Shown here one piece after another: positions 55,157 through 56,095 of a stretch of 56,095 bases of DNA (position 1 is its first letter; every line of letters begins with the position of its first letter). Source of the stretch: Betaproteobacteria bacterium (GTDB taxonomy: Bacteria; Pseudomonadota; Gammaproteobacteria; Burkholderiales; Usitatibacteraceae); the NCBI GenBank assembly GCA_043782425.1, contig JAYWAM010000331.1:1-56095 (forward strand), in the 5' to 3' direction. A program made the translations under genes and the position numbers. The notes under the pieces are model-generated. The model did no database searches, was not told the origin of the DNA, and was given only the letters and a program-made list of their open reading frames with translations.

Positions 55157-56095
55157 TCATGGTTTGTTGCCGGGTGCAGGCGTGCCAAAAACGGGTGCGG
55201 CGGGGATAACAGGCCGTCGCGCAATTGCGCCAGATTGCGGGGCGCCTGCCTTCGCGTCGGCGGGATGCGGCGCTGCGCTTGTCGGCGCATTTCCCGGCGC
55301 GCCAGGCGCCACCACAGCGGGAGCAGCAGGCGCGGCCGGGGGCGCGATGCCTGTCGCAGGATTATTCGCTGGGGAAGCCGGGGGCGGCGGCAATTGTAGC
55401 GCTGGCATGGGGGCTACTGCCTGTGACGCGGATGCCGCCGCATCAACTTCAGCGATTAGCACGGGTAACGGCTTTAATTTGACTTCCGCTCCCAGGACAA
55501 AACGTTGCGAGTTGGGCGTCTGGCTTTGCGTGAGCGGCGAGCGGAAGCTGGCATTTTGCAGCGAGCCAGCCTGTTCGATGATTTCAATCAGTTTTGAAGA
55601 CGATGCGGTTTCTCCTGTCAGCACGATTTCACGCACCTTGGCGCCCGACTTTATTTCAAGCACCTGAATCCAGGTGTTATCGGGCAGCACACGCGAAACA
55701 TCCTCGATAAGGCTGAGCGTGGCTGGCTGAGCGTGTTTGCGCGCCAGAATGTAGTTACTCTCCTCAGCGAGCTTCTCAAGCTCCTTGCGCACCGCTTCAG
55801 CGGCTTCTGCTGCGCTTTTCGCTTTGTTCAGCGGGACTAAAAAGGCTATGGCCGCCGCGCGCTTTTGCCAAACCGGAATCACCAACACAACGCCAAGCAA
55901 CAGCAGGAACACACCGACCAGCGCAAAATTGAGAATGCGCACGCGCGAGCCGGCAGGACGCGCCACGCTGCGCTGGCGGAAAAAATTGGGCGCAGGCATG
56001 GCCTGCCCTACATGCTCGGCGGGCAGCACCGCCGCCACTTGCGCGCCGAGCGATTCGACGCGCGCCACCAAAGTATCCAGCGGCAACCTGGGCAT
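55157..56095 (-). CDS. PilN/GspL-C-like assembly protein with Pro/Ala-rich tail
   Basis: 312-aa ORF whose ATG coincides with the window end. It has a single TM (ILNFALVGVFLLLLGVVLVIPVW), a coiled-coil plus PilN-like periplasmic domain, then a ~90-aa Pro/Ala-rich low-complexity tail. Confidence 0.65.
   Translation of the reverse strand: MPRLPLDTLVARVESLGAQVAAVLPAEHVGQAMPAPNFFRQRSVARPAGSRVRILNFALVGVFLLLLGVVLVIPVWQKRAAAIAFLVPLNKAKSAAEAAEAVRKELEKLAEESNYILARKHAQPATLSLIEDVSRVLPDNTWIQVLEIKSGAKVREIVLTGETASSSKLIEIIEQAGSLQNASFRSPLTQSQTPNSQRFVLGAEVKLKPLPVLIAEVDAAASASQAVAPMPALQLPPPPASPANNPATGIAPPAAPAAPAVVAPGAPGNAPTSAAPHPADAKAGAPQSGAIARRPVIPAAPVFGTPAPGNKP

Noticed and set aside
1-56095. The six-frame track contains many long ORFs antisense to or overlapping the called genes. 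Examples are 5790..6656, 11547..12290, 14758..15831, 20467..21072, 25582..26151, 27884..28594, 30705..31265, 52029..52616 and 53022..53660.
   Set aside because: They lie opposite or out of frame to genes with strong family motifs. They are rich in Arg/Ala/Gly/Pro as expected for shadow frames in GC-rich DNA, and they have no recognisable motifs or ribosome-binding sites.

Overview
This 56.1-kb window is a chromosomal segment from a moderately GC-rich proteobacterium. Gene content and synteny look betaproteobacterial, but that is inference only. No rRNA, tRNA or CRISPR array was found.

(1) 1-14 kb is ordinary housekeeping. The minus strand carries gmk, rpoZ-spoT-ridA-recG-ubiC-ubiA and yicC. 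The plus strand carries a soluble Hanks-type Ser/Thr kinase with a PP2C phosphatase, then rph and secA.

(2) 14-19.5 kb holds a DUF1641 / SQR-like flavoprotein / TusA / DsrE sulfur-trafficking operon. It is followed by about 0.9 kb of decayed DNA containing gene remnants, a GGGGTCA direct-repeat array and hairpins, and then a TonB-dependent receptor.

(3) 19.5-45.6 kb is a large surface-glycan locus.
- An AT-rich sulfotransferase, a nucleotide-sugar dehydrogenase and an AsnB-like amidotransferase are adjacent and all three are frame-disrupted.
- Next come two GT4 glycosyltransferases, a polyprenyl-phosphate sugar transferase, two large uncharacterised membrane proteins and a radical-SAM/SPASM enzyme.
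- These are followed by a glycosyltransferase-methyltransferase fusion and a CmcI-type methyltransferase.
- A roughly 10-kb minus-strand operon follows. It encodes wzm, wzt (with a C-terminal extension), an acyltransferase, three TPR-glycosyltransferase fusions (one GT41/SPINDLY-like, two GT9-like), a small DxD glycosyltransferase and a methyltransferase.
- A second radical-SAM/SPASM gene sits behind a 166-bp nested palindrome.

(4) 45.6-56.1 kb encodes a parvulin PPIase and two independently promoted and terminated secreted proteins. One is a Thr/Ser-rich protein with tandem Cys-containing repeat modules that may be Ig-like. The other is a 501-aa protein of unknown family. Beyond them lies a PilN/GspL-like, GspM-like, PilP/GspC-like, lipo-secretin and small-lipoprotein module.

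The most interesting candidates are the TPR-GT / Wzm-Wzt / radical-SAM glycan machinery and the secretin module with its adjacent monocistronic candidate cargo proteins. All functional calls come from motifs read in the translations. No database search was possible.
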